Assembly (NCBI GenBank): GCA_036172245.1
Contig: JAYWIR010000061.1
Span: forward strand, 1-64,000
Length of the DNA: 64,000 bases
Reading direction: 5' to 3'
DNA from: Raillietiella orientalis
Taxonomy: Eukaryota
Shown: piece by piece, positions 49,230-62,254 of the stretch
Position numbering within the stretch: position 1 is the stretch's first letter
How the letters are laid out: every line of letters begins with the position of its first letter
Program-made: the position numbers and the translations under genes
The notes under the pieces: generated by a model
Seen by the model: the letters and a program-made list of their open reading frames with translations, nothing else
Database searches by the model: none
Told to the model about the DNA's origin: nothing

Positions 49230-51450
49230 CATTTATCCCTCACTTATACTGCGAAGGAAGTGGATTGGCGATGGTCCCCGAAAGAAAAGGCTTCGTTTTC
49301 TGACCTGAGTAGCAGTCTGATCTTTGTGGTCTGCTAGCAGTTCCAGGCGTTTTCCTGAGAGGTTCTTGACTAGAGCAAGCCGAGCAAGTCCATTCCTCTC
49401 CAGTGGGCCATCTTGAAGATGAGCAAGGAAAATGGTGCAATCTCTCCTCTCGATCCCTTTCATTTTAGAGAGCGCCCAAATCTATTCCCGAATATTGCAT
49501 AGCAAACTCGGAGAAAAGTTCCTTTGGCTGTATCGCAAATTTTGCTCCAACTTGTGTCCCTTTTTCTCTTGCAAGAAACCAGTCGTTGTTTGGAGCCACA
49601 AGATTAGCTCCTGTTGAATCATTGATCGAGGATTCATAGCTTCCCTTGGAAGAAAATCATTCTCACCTTTTCTATTTTTCAAAACAGAAGAAAATCAGTC
49701 GACAAATGAGCAATCAAAGAGTTTAGGGGTCTCAAAAGAAGCCTTCGATTCATACCCTGAATTAATCGAGCATTCGAGGACTCAAGAATGAGCTTAAGAT
49801 TCATTTCCCTGCTGTTGACTGAGGAGATATTCCCCAATCGTCTTGCATCCAGAGTCTCTTCACGTAATAGTCTCACTGGAACTTTTTAATGCATTTGCTT
49901 CCTTATGCACATTCAGATTGTCTCCACTCGGAAATATCTTCTTTCTAGACAAAGAAAAAAAAAAATTCCTTGCATGAGACGGATTTCAGAAGCAGCATTT
50001 CTTTTATTTGCCCTTTCTGCAAACTCACCCACAGCACTTGGAAACGGAACAACCGAAAGAAGAAAAGTTTTACCCTCTTTTTGAGCATTCCGGCCATGAC
50101 ACGCTCCAGCAGAAATCAGAAGGCACACCAGAGTCCTGGAACCTGAATTTCTCAGAAGGATGAACTGGGAAGAAACCCTTCGGATATCGAAGGTAAGTTG
50201 CCGAACAACGGGTGCTTCCGGCAAGATCAACGGGAGACAGCATCCGCGAATCTGATTGGTGCCATTCCTGAAATCAACCTCCAAGACATAGAAAGTGGGT
50301 GCGTTTTGCTGAAATTCAGGCTTACTAATGAGGAATACCTGGATTATTGTCGAACCATTCAGGAAATCTCTCCAGCCTTCTAAGGATGTAAGGAAAATGG
50401 ATAAGGGAGAGAAAAAACAATTGATAAGGAGAGAGAGAACTAAGAGAGAATAAAGAGAGAGAGAGCAATAAAGGGATTTGTATTTGTTCTCTTTTGAGAT
50501 GTTCCGTCAAGAAGAGCTTTATAAGGATTGTCCAAGAGTTTGCTGATGAGAATCGAAAACGTCATTTTCGACTCAATGCGGAGTTCTCCAGCTGAATTAT
50601 GAGGATTGCTTTTAGAATTGGATCCCAAATGTTGTGAGTCAACATCCATAGGAAATTTCCTCAACTTCTGGTTTCCAAGTATTCAGGTGCAGAGCAACGT
50701 CGATAAGGTGAAGAATACGATGCGTGTTCTATCCTTGCTACTTTTTCCTGTAATGTTTATCGATCCTGATGAGATCTGGAGACTTCAAGTTGATGGAGTC
50801 TCCTCGATTCTTCAACAGCACTTGGAGGGTTGCTGATCCCCATGCGTTCTTCACTAAAAGTCAGCAGCGCGAGTTTGTAAAGCCCGCCTCTGTACCTCTT
50901 GTTTCTGCATTTGTACCTTCTTTGCTAAATCAGTCAATCAATAAAGAAGCTCATCGTTAGAGCTGCAAATTTAAGAATGGGATCCTTCGTGACACAAATC
51001 TCGAAATTTAGAGGAAGAGCAAAGTGCAGAATGTAGACGACATGTAAATGCCAACTTCAAAAGTTAGCATGAGAAGGTCGGGAAATTCGGCATTCGCTCC
51101 AGAAAAAAATCTCCTGTTCCTTTGCAAGGAGTCTCCAAAGTCTGGAACGCATTGCTCGAGAAAAGAAAGCATCGATTAAATCAGGTTCGTGGACTTTGTT
51201 CCCAGTCTCCCGTCCCGGTCTGCTTCTGGGCATTTTCACGCCGCACCTCTTCCCTCTTGAGAAACTTGCAAGCGTTCCGTCATCAAATTGACCTCACTAT
51301 AGGCATCCAACAGAGTCATCAGTGGATAGAAGTGATATCGCTATTTGCATATCCCTCGTAATTTTTCTGTCCTTTGACAAATTTCTGCAAATTATTGGAT
51401 GCATTCCGTTTATCGGGTGAGTTTCTGAATATCTTGCTGTGCTTTACTTG
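49230..51450 (-). pseudogene. Decayed gene-like sequence with a probable short intron (about 50963-51055)
   Basis: The purine-rich minus strand has protein-like frames broken by stops (..AEFPDLLMLTF / SNDELLY*LTDLAKKVQMQKQEVQRRALQTRAADF..LHLIDVALHLNTWKPEVEE), separated by a pyrimidine-rich segment ending in TTGCAG. Confidence 0.4.
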
Positions 51451-51829
51451 TTGCTATGAGATAATCTGAACTGGAATGCCTTGGTGACTACAGCCGTTGG
51501 CTGATTTAGAAAACAGAGAGTTAATTGACAAAACGCATTCATCATCTTTCAATCATATGGGAGCGTCAATTACGTTTTAAGGGTGCGAGCAAAACCCACA
51601 GCATCTTTACATGCAGTACCACAACATGCCGATCATGCGAGCTAGCTTAATGCTTGATTGGTTGCTTTCCTTTTTTTTCAAATTAAAAGACGCCGCAGCC
51701 AAATGAAGACTACGGACATGTCTGATGAGCCGCTGACCTAAATCTGGTGACCAACCCTGAAGCACTGGGGGCTAACAGACACATACTTCCGGAAAAGGTG
51801 CCAAGTCTGGATTCAGCGTAGGGAAGGAA

Positions 51830-52212
51830 GGGAAAGTGCCCATTCTGCATATCGTCTTCTCCTATGAATATCCATCAACGGCAGAAGAATTAGGCAACTG
51901 TGGATTTCATTGCTTTATCGGGGATCCCCATGATACTCAATTGCTGAACTACCTCCGGCCCTTAGGGCAACTGTGGAGGACCGGCTCCTCGCTTTGCTTC
52001 CAGAGGAGTGCTCTCCGCCGCAAAAGCCGTCCTCGTAGGATCTCCTGGATCTCGGGATCGGAACCGAGACGGAGTCAAAGGTTCCCAAAGGACCAGACCC
52101 AGCACGTCAGAAAAGAGATGGTGCACTCAGCCACGCACAACGTTCCCGGGACTTTTCCACTGGAGGAACAGGGTGATGCCGTGCGTTGTGGATTCCCACC
52201 TGGAAACCTCGA
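51830..52212 (-). pseudogene. Gag-like remnant
   Basis: FPGGNPQ..TLFLQW..EILRGRLLRRRALLW..EYHGDP. Nucleotide similarity to 9004-9027 (gtttc(c)caggtggga..ccacaacg) and to 60976-60993. Confidence 0.3.
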
Positions 52213-52214
52213 GA

Positions 52215-53105
52215 CTTTCGTTTTATACAAAAAAAATACACAGACGAGTGGGAAGAGGACAGTTCCCGAAACAAAAACAGGAAGAAAGAAAGTTCCTTTG
52301 GAGGGTGCATCGACGCGCAGGTCGAGATTTCCAAAAGTCCGGAACGGGAGGAATAAAGGAACAGAAGAAATGAAGGAAGAAAGTGGGGACGGGGATCTTT
52401 GGTGTGCCCTGTTCCTTCTTGAGAAACCGGGAAAATTTCGCAACGAGGGAAATTTAAAAAGAAATGCACAAAAAACAAAGGGAGGGTGAGAAGAAAGGTC
52501 ACCCCGGCGATGGCCGTTCCTTCTTTCTAAAATCGACGCTGGATGCCGGCGGCCTCCTTCTTGACTTCTTCCAGGCTAGCCATCTGCGTCCCCGTGTAGA
52601 CGGACGTCCTGAAGGTGACCTGCCCTACACCCGAAACTCCAACAAATGGCGGGCACCGTGGCGATGGCGCTGATGCAGCATTCGTCGCGGTCGCGAGGCC
52701 TCTCGCCAGGAATCGCCGTAACAAGTGCTTGGCAGCACGACCGGGATGCAGGAGTACTGAATCCAGCCTCCGCCAAGGTTCCCGAAGGCTACTGGAGTCC
52801 AGCAGCAGGTGCGGGAACGATTCAAGCGCGCCGCACCTGAAACAGCTTGAGGATGCAAGTCTTCCGGAAACTAGGTGTCTGAGCTGGTTGCACTGGAGAC
52901 CCCAGCGCAGAAGCAGCAGGATATCCTGTTTCCACCTCGGGGAGGACACGGAAGTGTTCACGCACTGCGGAGGGACGGCGATTCCTTCGAGGGTTGCACA
53001 CAACAGCGCGTTCCACCGAAGCGGTCCCTTCGCCCGATGGCGCGGACCGGCGGCGCCCACCAGCTTCCTCGGCTTCCAGCCGCCCAGAAGTTGGAAGTGG
53101 AAGGA
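52215..53105 (-). mobile_element. 5'-truncated LINE copy 8
   Basis: ORF 52527-53225: WKPRKLVGAA..LRWNALL..RWKQDILLLLRWGLQCN..CFRCGALESFPHLLLDS..LLRRFLARGL, followed by a T/C-rich UTR. Confidence 0.9.
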
Positions 53106-56100
53106 CATTTGATGATCATGCGAAGACTTGAAAAGAAGAGGCAGGCAAAGGAGGTGGTCGAACGTTGCAGATGAAGATCCGTTATATCCCGTGTTAAACA
53201 CGGATTTGGGTATTTGAATGAACATCGGTGTTCTGTTAGTAGTATAGGAATTCTGAGCGAGAGAGAAGATCTAAGAAAGTTTTCATTTTTAGATGAATCG
53301 ATTCGTCTTTTCTATAAGTGCGAGGATGATGAGTTTACTGATTTCCTAGCAGGCTTCAATCCATTACTGATATGTGAAGCCAAAGAGGACGACTCTGTCC
53401 TTTCCATGAGCGTTTCTGGTTTCCCATGAGCATGCATTTTCCGTCTCCCTCCAGATCTCCGAACAGACTGGTATCTTGTCTTTTGTCATTCAGTGATTGA
53501 AAAACGGGGTTCAGTATTCACCTCTCTCTCCGCCTGCTCTTCGTGACTGAAATTTCCAGAATATTTTGTTTTTCCGATTTCTTTGACTGCTCAAAAGCCT
53601 GGCTAACGTATTCATACGCTCTTTCCTGGGGATGACATGCGGTTCCGTGAAAGGAGCTTTTTCATTAGCAAGCTATCGGTGTCTGCATTGGAATCCAAGC
53701 GTACTGTAATGGACATGTGAACTTTGATAGAAGAGCAAGCGGATTTTTTTTTCTTTTTCCTGTTCCTCTTCATCCTCGGTCCGATGTCTTCCTGCCGCCT
53801 TCCTTCTCCTGCATGCACTTTTCACGTGAAATCACAGGTTGGAACCTTGCAAACATCAAATTGCTGCTGCTGTAAAATTGCAATCTGACCTTGGCAGACG
53901 CTCGTTCGTAAACCGCAAGACTTTGCCGGTAGGAAGAGACCAAAAAAAAAGTAGGCAACAGGAAACTCGAGAGTGCCATCTGTGGCAAACAGGCAAAAGT
54001 GGAAACCGTGGAAACAGCCTCCCGAAAGAATGACAGGACTCATTCTGAACAACAGCCTCCACTTGTTGGAGGTGGTTCCCTCGTTTCTCTACCGTGTGGA
54101 GTGTGAAAGCGTCTTTGGTGCAAATCGCGTCCATCAAGAGGAACGGCCGGTTTTCTCCAGCTTCCATATCAAACGAACGCATGCGCCGAGGCATTGCCCC
54201 TTTAATAAAAGGCCTGAACTGAATAAATGATCTTTCATTTTCTGCATGTTCTCCTTCGCGCATCTAAATCCCAGCGGCTACTCCACTTTTTGGGGAGCAT
54301 GTGGATGAAGTTCCACTTCTTGGGAAAAATCCGACTTGAAGCTTTGGTTCTCTGAATCCACCTTCCCCCTTGAGAGCATCAGTGGGTACCCTTCAGAACT
54401 GTAGCTATGGAGAAGACCTCTCCTGTGAGTGTGAAAACGACACAATCGCTGTGCGATGATAGAGGAATGGGATGTAGAATTCGCGGCTAGAAATTCCAAA
54501 CAGGGAATATAACCCTTCAGCGAGTATCGTGCATATCATGATTTTAAAGACTTTTTTTTTTTTAAAAAAAAAGAGAAGAAAAGAAAACCCAAACATTTTT
54601 TTACTTGTTCCTATGTTAGATTGTAATTAGCTAAAAAAAAAAAAATCCCTTCTGTGTTTTATCGACCTTTACAAGGCCGATAGAATGCCTCTCTTTACAA
54701 GCCCATTTTATGGCTTTGCATTTGTTAGAAAGTTTGAGATAATAGAATGATTGGGAATGGATTCCATTCCATGTACTTCACATTTTAGAGTCATTTATGA
54801 TCGTAGAAATTCTTGTTGTTAATAGCACAACCGAGGAGTTGACACGTTGTTAGCGACGTGCTCGGGTGAATTTGCTGACCAACTCCCTGTATTGGAGCAA
54901 CAGAAGTGTAAGCAGGTCCAGATGAGAGCAGGAGGTGAAGAACCATACCGCATGTGCTTCAGGTAGTGGCTCTGGGGTCAACGTTTCGTAACAGTGGCAC
55001 TAAAAGACCCAGCCGATCGAGAGACCTCCAAAAATCTCATCAAATATGAAATTATGGAACCTCGATCCCGATGAAGGTGCAAAGTCACGCTGATTCTGCA
55101 ACGCCGCTGATGCACCGGAAGCCACGGTGGGTGGAACTGGATTACTCTTCAGACTTCATTAGATGGCTCCTGATGCACCCTTGCGTTTCTACATTACATT
55201 GGCAGTACCAATGCAACAAGCAACTGAAAGCAAAAAAAAAAAAAAAAAACTTCCGAGTTGCATTCCTAATTTTCATTTATCTACTCGAATACGAGCTATT
55301 TTGAATAAGAGAAGCTGCATCTTTGAGTTTGTGCTTTTCATCATTGTGTGATCGGCCAGCATCAGGTCTCCGCAGATAGTTGATCACAGGGTGTGGGAAT
55401 CACTTGGAACGGCACTGTAGAGAGCAGCCGTTTGTGAAGAACTGAATTCTCCAACAGAAGAAGCGCAGATTCTTCGGCGCTGCTGCCTCACAGGAATTCT
55501 GGCTTTCCATGTGGAGGTAGGTTCGTGCCGCGAACCACCCAAAGCATCGGAGAAGATTCGCATTCCATCGAGGCCGACTGGAGCTCTCGTCACAACGCTC
55601 GAAACCTGCAGTCAGGAAGATCAGCTGCATTTTCTTGCAGTCCCCCGAGGTCACCGTTTATCGGGAAAAAATACCGTGCAGGAGCAAACCGGCTCAAGAG
55701 TGGCGACGTGCGCACACTGCGGGAGAAGTACGTTGCTCGAGGTGTGGGATGCTCGTGTCCTGCAGGACAGCACACAGAGATGAGATCCTGATTCTTGCAT
55801 TGCTCTTCCTGGACATACGCGCGCAAAAAAAAAAAAAAAACGTTGCCAACTCAAGATCAATTTTGCGCCATCCTTCTAGTTTCAAAGGATGCCAAATCTT
55901 GCCGCCGCTGAGGCTGCCACTCTTCCTCCTTGCGGCTCATGAGCAGCGGAACCTCACGTGTGCACTTCTTCGTGTGTCCGATGCCGTTAGAGGCACTGGA
56001 TCTTCTCCCTAGAAGACTCCAAGGAACGCAGAGAGCTCCTGCCATGCCTGGAATAGACGCGCATGTATCCTAGAAACCGTTGCTCTCTTCTAAGCTTCCT

Positions 56101-59100
56101 TCATCCCCAAAGACTCAACAGATCAGTTGGTTGTCCTTCTTGAAATGAGGGAAAAGTAGGAAAGCGACGTTGGTCACCGAAAGTTCCAGAACATCGAGAT
56201 TATGGTATAGAAAAAAAAGCGACCGGTCTGTGCAGAGCAACGGCCCCTGTCGGCGCTGCTCGAATCCTGTCGCCTTGGCACCCGTTCTACATCCCTGTAT
56301 TTGTTTGCGCATCTTCAATCCGTTTTCTCCCTTTCTTACACACTATGTTCCAAGAAGACGCGGAGCTGCAGGAACGCCAACTTCCCGGGCATTTCTGGCT
56401 TCCTTCCCGCTCCAACGTGGTCGGTAATGCTGACGTCCCCCCCTCCTCCTCTTTCCATTACAATCTGACTCATCGCAGAAGAAAACATCACGCTTCATCA
56501 GAGGTGGCCTTCCTAGACGCGTGTACCACTCAGGTGCTTCCGGCTTGAGCCATTCCCTGTGGCGTATTCCTGAGGCCTTCTCGAATATGACGACGCGAAT
56601 CCCGGTCTACGTGGAGTCACAAGGATCAAGGGATCCTGATTTCCGGTTTGGGGTCGTGTGGAAGGAAACTCTCTGAGAAAGAACCAGTCTACGGATGCTG
56701 ATCCAGCCTTCCGCGTTTGGTTTCACAGACCCACAGGACTCTTAGTATCTCTGGAGCTGAGATCGAGCACTGGGAGGCAGTGAAACCGTCAGGGGCGGGT
56801 GCTGATCTCAGAAGGAAGGAGCAGAGCGCTGGACCGAAAGTTTTGGTGTTGCTGCTGGACTGAAGGTGGAAGGTAACGGACAACTTGGTTCCCTCGGGAA
56901 GATTTTCGGTTCTAGCGGGAGACCATGTCCGTCAGCCAAGAACGACCCTGTACCGTTCGCAGCAACCTCGAGAGATGTTCCTTGAAGTTGCACCGCTGAT
57001 GCTGCACCACATCTTCCTGATCGCGCGCGGAAGGTTAGCAGCAAGATGATGCCAGTCAGTGCCGGGTGCTGGAGCGACGCGCATCAGGGGGGGGCGCGGC
57101 ATGATCAGTTCAGGTTGGCTTCAGAGCGGCCAGAGGCATTCCTCTGAGCTGATCTCCGGGATCCAGGAACGGCGGTCGACGCGTATCCAGGGACTCCACG
57201 CAAGCAGCATGCAGCAGCCACCGCGGGAGACGGAAAAGCGTGCGCCATCGATAGTGCGTGGGCGTGTGCGATCTCGAGTTGCGTATCGGTGTGTGCATCG
57301 TGTGCCGGAGCTCGGGGACGGTGCATCTTTCATGGTGCACACGTGAAAAGTTCTGAGGGTGTTCACTGCATCAGTCTGCGTTCCAGAGACTTAGCGTGTG
57401 CGCAAGGTGCGACGATGGGCAAAACCGTCGCAGTTCCTCTCAGTGTCTCCTCTTCGCGAACCCCAGGGATTGGAGTTATCAGGCATCCCTCTGCTCGCCG
57501 CTGCCCTGGGGGAACAGCGCATGCCGAAAGCGAGATGATTCCGACGGAAGATCGCTCGAGGGCGTCCCGTAAGGTGGAAGTCCGCGAGGATAACCAGCTT
57601 AGAAATACCTTGATCACTCAGTCAGTGGTCAGTTGCCCTTGTTGCAAGAGGATGGGGTCGCGGAAACTCTGTCCACTCCTCCCCCCCTCCCCCCAGGGTA
57701 TCTCTCTGCTTGCAGTGGAGGGAGGCCGCCGCGCTTACCGCGCCCATGTTCACTGGCTCTAAGTTTCCAGAAAAGGAAAGCATCCCGTGCTTCCACTACC
57801 GTCCCGAGAGCAGCCCTCCGGTTCGCCCAAGGACGGAAGTGCTCCCGCAAATGACTTCGAGCGCCGGAGGCTGAAGGATTCTTTCATTCTGCGCAGAAGG
57901 GAGAAGAGGAGGCGGGTGGAGTTCCTTCTGGAAAAATGGCTGGCTTTCCGGAAATCCTGTTGTGGTGGGCGACGGCGGCGGGATCCATGAAGTCTCCGCT
58001 TTTTTTCTTTATTTTTTTCTTTTCTGAGAGAAAGAAAAGGCTGCGGTTCTTTCCGCCCGTGCTCTCGGGCCCGGAGGGACCTTTCCCTGCTTCTCCGGAT
58101 TGTTTTCCCAAGCAGTCCCGCAAAGCGTGTGAAAATCTCCCAGCGGAAGACGCGCGCGGCTCCGAGACAGCAGGTGCGCGGTGCAGCCAAAGGCAGGACC
58201 GCAGGGAAGAGACGTGAAGACGTGCGCGCTCGCGGGATTTTGCTGCGGCAGGAACACGCCGCGCGCTCGCGGGAAAGGCAGGGAAGGAGGAGAGGGAGAG
58301 CATCAGGAGAAGGAAAAGGAGGAAAGGGTAGCCCGAGACTCTGAGACGCGGAGCGAAACTGATGCGGGAGAAGAAACCGTATCGATTCCCTCGTTGCTCC
58401 GGAAACCGCCTTCCGCGGTTCAGAGCCGAGTTGTTTTCGCCGGAGGGACAAAGGACCGACGGTCTGAAAAGAACGGGGGGGAGAGGGGGGAAGGAAAAAG
58501 AGAAGAAAGAAGGAAAATCTGCTTATAAAGGAGGAAGGGGAGTCCATTGTCATGGTGACCGGAGGGATTGTTGCCGATCTCATTGTTCGCGAGCAACCGG
58601 TTGCTGAGTGACGAATGCCGTTCTCTCACGTTGCCTACCTGTAGCCATTGTTCCCGAAGAGCCTTTTCATGCACTTGGGAGAAATTAGGGAGAAAATCCT
58701 CTAGCGACGTCAACGATCAAGGCTGATAAATCATCCCTGCGTGTGATATCGCGGAATCCTGGAGAAGCCGCGGGAACTGAGGCGGAGCACGTCGCCAGCC
58801 TGTCTTTCAGAGAGAGCGTTTCCATGGTCCCCGTTTCCTATACCTTTTTTTTCTTTTTTCCGTTCTCCCGCTGCTACTCTTCCCGCTTTCCGGGTTTGCT
58901 TCCATCCCGTAGAGTGGGAACCCTAGTTGTGCTGCCCGCCGCCGGGAAGTTCCACGTGCGTGGTCGGCTGCCGGAGCATCGGACGCCGTCCCCTTCGGCC
59001 TTCCACTCTTTCGACCCCTCTCCCGAAAGGGGTGGTAGCAGCTCTATTCCTGCAAAGGAGCCATTTCCTTCCTGCCCTCGCCATCGTCGAGAGCCTGGAC

Positions 59101-60774
59101 CAGACCCTTCCCACCCTTCGTGTGCCACGGGAGCTGCCTGTTAGAGCGCAGTCCTTCTCCCTGGACATGGAGACGGATCGGTCGAGAGCTTGATGTCCCC
59201 AGGAAGGAGAGGAAGGATTCCGGAGGACAGGGAGCCTTCAGGAAGGCGCGTTTTGGGAAAAGTGCACAAATCAGGGAGAAGTTCCGGGATTCCCGAAGCT
59301 TCGGGATTAGAAGAGCGTATCCCTGGAAGATGGGCATCCCCCCGAAAGAGCGTGGGCTCTCGAGCTCTTCGTCTCATTCGGCAGTGACCCAGCGGAATGA
59401 TAGGAACGAGTCATGGGATGCACAGTCGCGCTTCATTTGAACCAAGATGGAGGACTCGATGCAGAATCCTAGTTTCGGAAAGGTCACTCTTTCCAGAGTT
59501 ACTTCTTCTTGCATCGCCATCACCTTGGATGCTGCATGCAGCAGCCAACGGGCTGAGACCTGCGGTCTTGCGGTCTTTGCAGGAAAACTCCTGCAAGATG
59601 CCAGAATTCGCTACCTCTCCTTGATTTCCTCTTATCTCGTACCGGGACTCGGAGATCCCCGTTTCGCAAGGAGGCTCCCAAGAATTCCCTGACCGTCCAT
59701 TCTTCCTTTTGCACTTGACATTCCTGAATCCTGTCCCTTTGCAAGGGTCCCACCAATGCTACGGAATTTGAAGCTGCATGCAGCTTCCACTGGATTTATC
59801 TCTCCAAAAAGATCGACTCATCATCCCAAATCCGTTGGTTCCTGAGGAAGATTTTATGTCCTTTAGAGAGGTGTTTCCAGCGTGTCCAATAATTGGGTGT
59901 GGCCAAAGGTCCTCAAGAAATCCATAGGTATGGGAGGGAAATGTGGGGCAAAAAAAAAGGGGGGACAGGGAATGCGGAACAATGCAAAAATATGGGATAA
60001 AAAAAATTAAAAGGATTTGGAGCATAGTCACCAAGCAGGCATCAACTGAGGAGTAGCATCCAAACCGGAAGCCAGAGCGAATTCGCAACCATGAGCCAAC
60101 GGCAAGCAAGAATTCGGTCTGTCTAACGAACACCAGCACAGAATAGCGGCCAACAGTATCCCAGTAGGTAGAAGACGACTCATGGGTCAGTCAGAAGATG
60201 AAAGAGGAAGCATGACGAGTTCCAGGGTCACCACGATGGATTCCCATTTTCTATTCCTCTTCACTTGTTGCAGCCTTCGCAGGACTTTGCGCGTCCTCCG
60301 CCTCCAGACCTGCAGGGAAGAAGGGAAGGTCCTGCTGGATCAAACAGGGCGCAGGAACTCCGGGATCTCTGCGCCCTTGCAGACAGCTCACTCGGTGCGA
60401 TTCCTCGTGATGGCTCCATTTTTCTGATTCACCGTACGACCCGACATTCTTCTTTTCCGCAAAAATCCAGGACACTCTCAGACGCTCTCCTTTTTATTCC
60501 GAAGATCGATGATTCGGAAAAATTTTCACGTCCGTTGAGGTGCTCTTCAGTAGCTCCTGATATGAAGGGAGAAAATGTGGGATTCACACGAAGGAAGTCA
60601 CAGCAAAAATCCTTTTTCTTTTTTTTTTTTTTAATTCCTAGTGACAGCAGATTTACGTGACGTAGGTACGTATACGCAAGCTCAATATAGTGTAACAGCA
60701 TCATTCAGTCAAGGAGCAGAATGCAGGAATTCGTGATGGAGGAATAGCGTGGAAAACATGCTACGAGTGCTTCG

Positions 60775-61090
60775 GGTGACCTTCCAGAATTTCTGGAGTC
60801 CACTCACTTGCCCGTGAGGGACTGCATAGCACTCCCGGAATAGAGGAAGAGCTGCTGGTTACGATGCCTGCTGTTGCAGCGGAGATTTTGCCCATCTTCG
60901 TCACCTGGCTGATGACGTAGACCAATATGTGTTTCGTCAGTGACGAACGCACATTGGCTCCCACAGGACTTCATGGAGTATTTCCTGGATCCCACGATCC
61001 CAGGGAACCTACAACTAGCATTGGGACCGAGGGTTATGTCTCTGCGGGAAAAAGAAGAGGAAAGCATTTTGCGGGTTTTTCTCTGTCCCT
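60775..61090 (+). pseudogene. Retrotransposon gag (capsid)-like remnant
   Basis: DLPEFLE..(stop/frameshift)..HWLPQDFMEYFLDP..LALGPRVMSLREKEEESILR fits the Retrotrans_gag pattern W..F...F...P.....L.Q...ESI. Confidence 0.4.
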
Positions 61091-62254
61091 TCTTCGTCGC
61101 TCCTCCTCGCCATTTTTTCGAAGCGACAGTCTGCATCGGGGATGGCAGCTGAATCCTTCTTCTCGAGCGCCGGGTCCAGACCGAAGAAGTTTGATCGCGC
61201 TAAATGGACGTCTAGGAAGGAGATCCAGTGGCTCTGGCATCTCGAAGCGCTGCACGTGAGCAAAAGCAGGTTCGAAACGTAAGAAGAATTCCAAGTCATC
61301 AGTTCAAAGAAGGAGGGGGAGGGCGGAGGAGAACACGAAAGCGCATGCCGATAACCTGAGGATGATAACCGATGAGGATTGTCGAGAGAACCTCTTCGAA
61401 TTTTCACGCTCGTTTGTAAGTACAAATGCGTACAACTCGAGGAAGTCGTGAGGCGAAGGAACGTGTCAAGAAGTCCGCTCCATCGGCAAAACCCAAAGGA
61501 GTAGCGACCAGACTTCATCAGGATATCCCGTAAAGAAAAATTCTTTCGGACGAGATAAATAGGAAGCTGAAGACATCGAACTTTCGCTAAGTCATGGAAA
61601 TTGATGGGTTCGAGAAGAGATTCTGAAGTGTGGAAACAAATGTATCACGCGGACACCACCGGAGAAAGAGCTAATATCTTCTTGAAATTCGCACTCAGAG
61701 ACGAGCTTCAGGACCAGGCATCTGCCAAACATTCAATGAGTTACATCGACATTGCAAGCCGGAAGAGTACAAATGGTGCTCTGATTTGTGTGATCATGGA
61801 GTTGAAGTCAGAGGAGACGTGAGTCCCAGCCTCAGACTGGCTGAGACACAGGAAAAAGGATAACTAATAAGAATCCGTCTAGACGTAGGCTGAAAGCCAT
61901 CGGAATGCGTCGAAGGATCCCGAAAAAAATGGGCGTTTTCCATCCGGATGGATGAGAAGACAGGGAGAGAGAGAGAAAGAAGGAAACTTTCTGATTCGCT
62001 AATTTCGATGGCAGGGCATTCCTTCTACGAGGAGTCATTCCAGGATTTTCCATCTGTGAAATCTGAGAACCGCAGGATTCAGAGACGAGTCCCATCGCTT
62101 CTGATCGTCATGTTCCAATCCGCACCGCTTCTCAGACATGCTAAAGTTGTTATTCCCGGAATTCTCCTCCCCCCACGTTCTCTACTTCGCGTGCACTTAT
62201 TGTGTAGCGGGACACGCGGCTGAGAAACATTCGACAATCGCTCCAGAAATATTT

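Noticed and set aside
50538..50575. Minimal hammerhead ribozyme-like CTGATGA-GAATC-GAAA-ACGTC
   Set aside because: Stem I cannot pair next to the core, it is a single occurrence, and it lies in decayed coding-like DNA.
53805..53880. SWIM zinc finger of a MULE transposase (PCKHQIAA)
   Set aside because: The upstream CxC is not in frame, no DDE-domain motifs are nearby, and the opposite strand looks equally protein-like.
57250..57420. Cys/His repeats resembling CxxxGC..C..HGG zinc-finger repeats
   Set aside because: Only partial matches in TG-rich sequence, with no complete repeat unit.
59520..59600. RNase H-like SSQRAE motif
   Set aside because: An isolated 6-residue match; the other catalytic motifs were not found.
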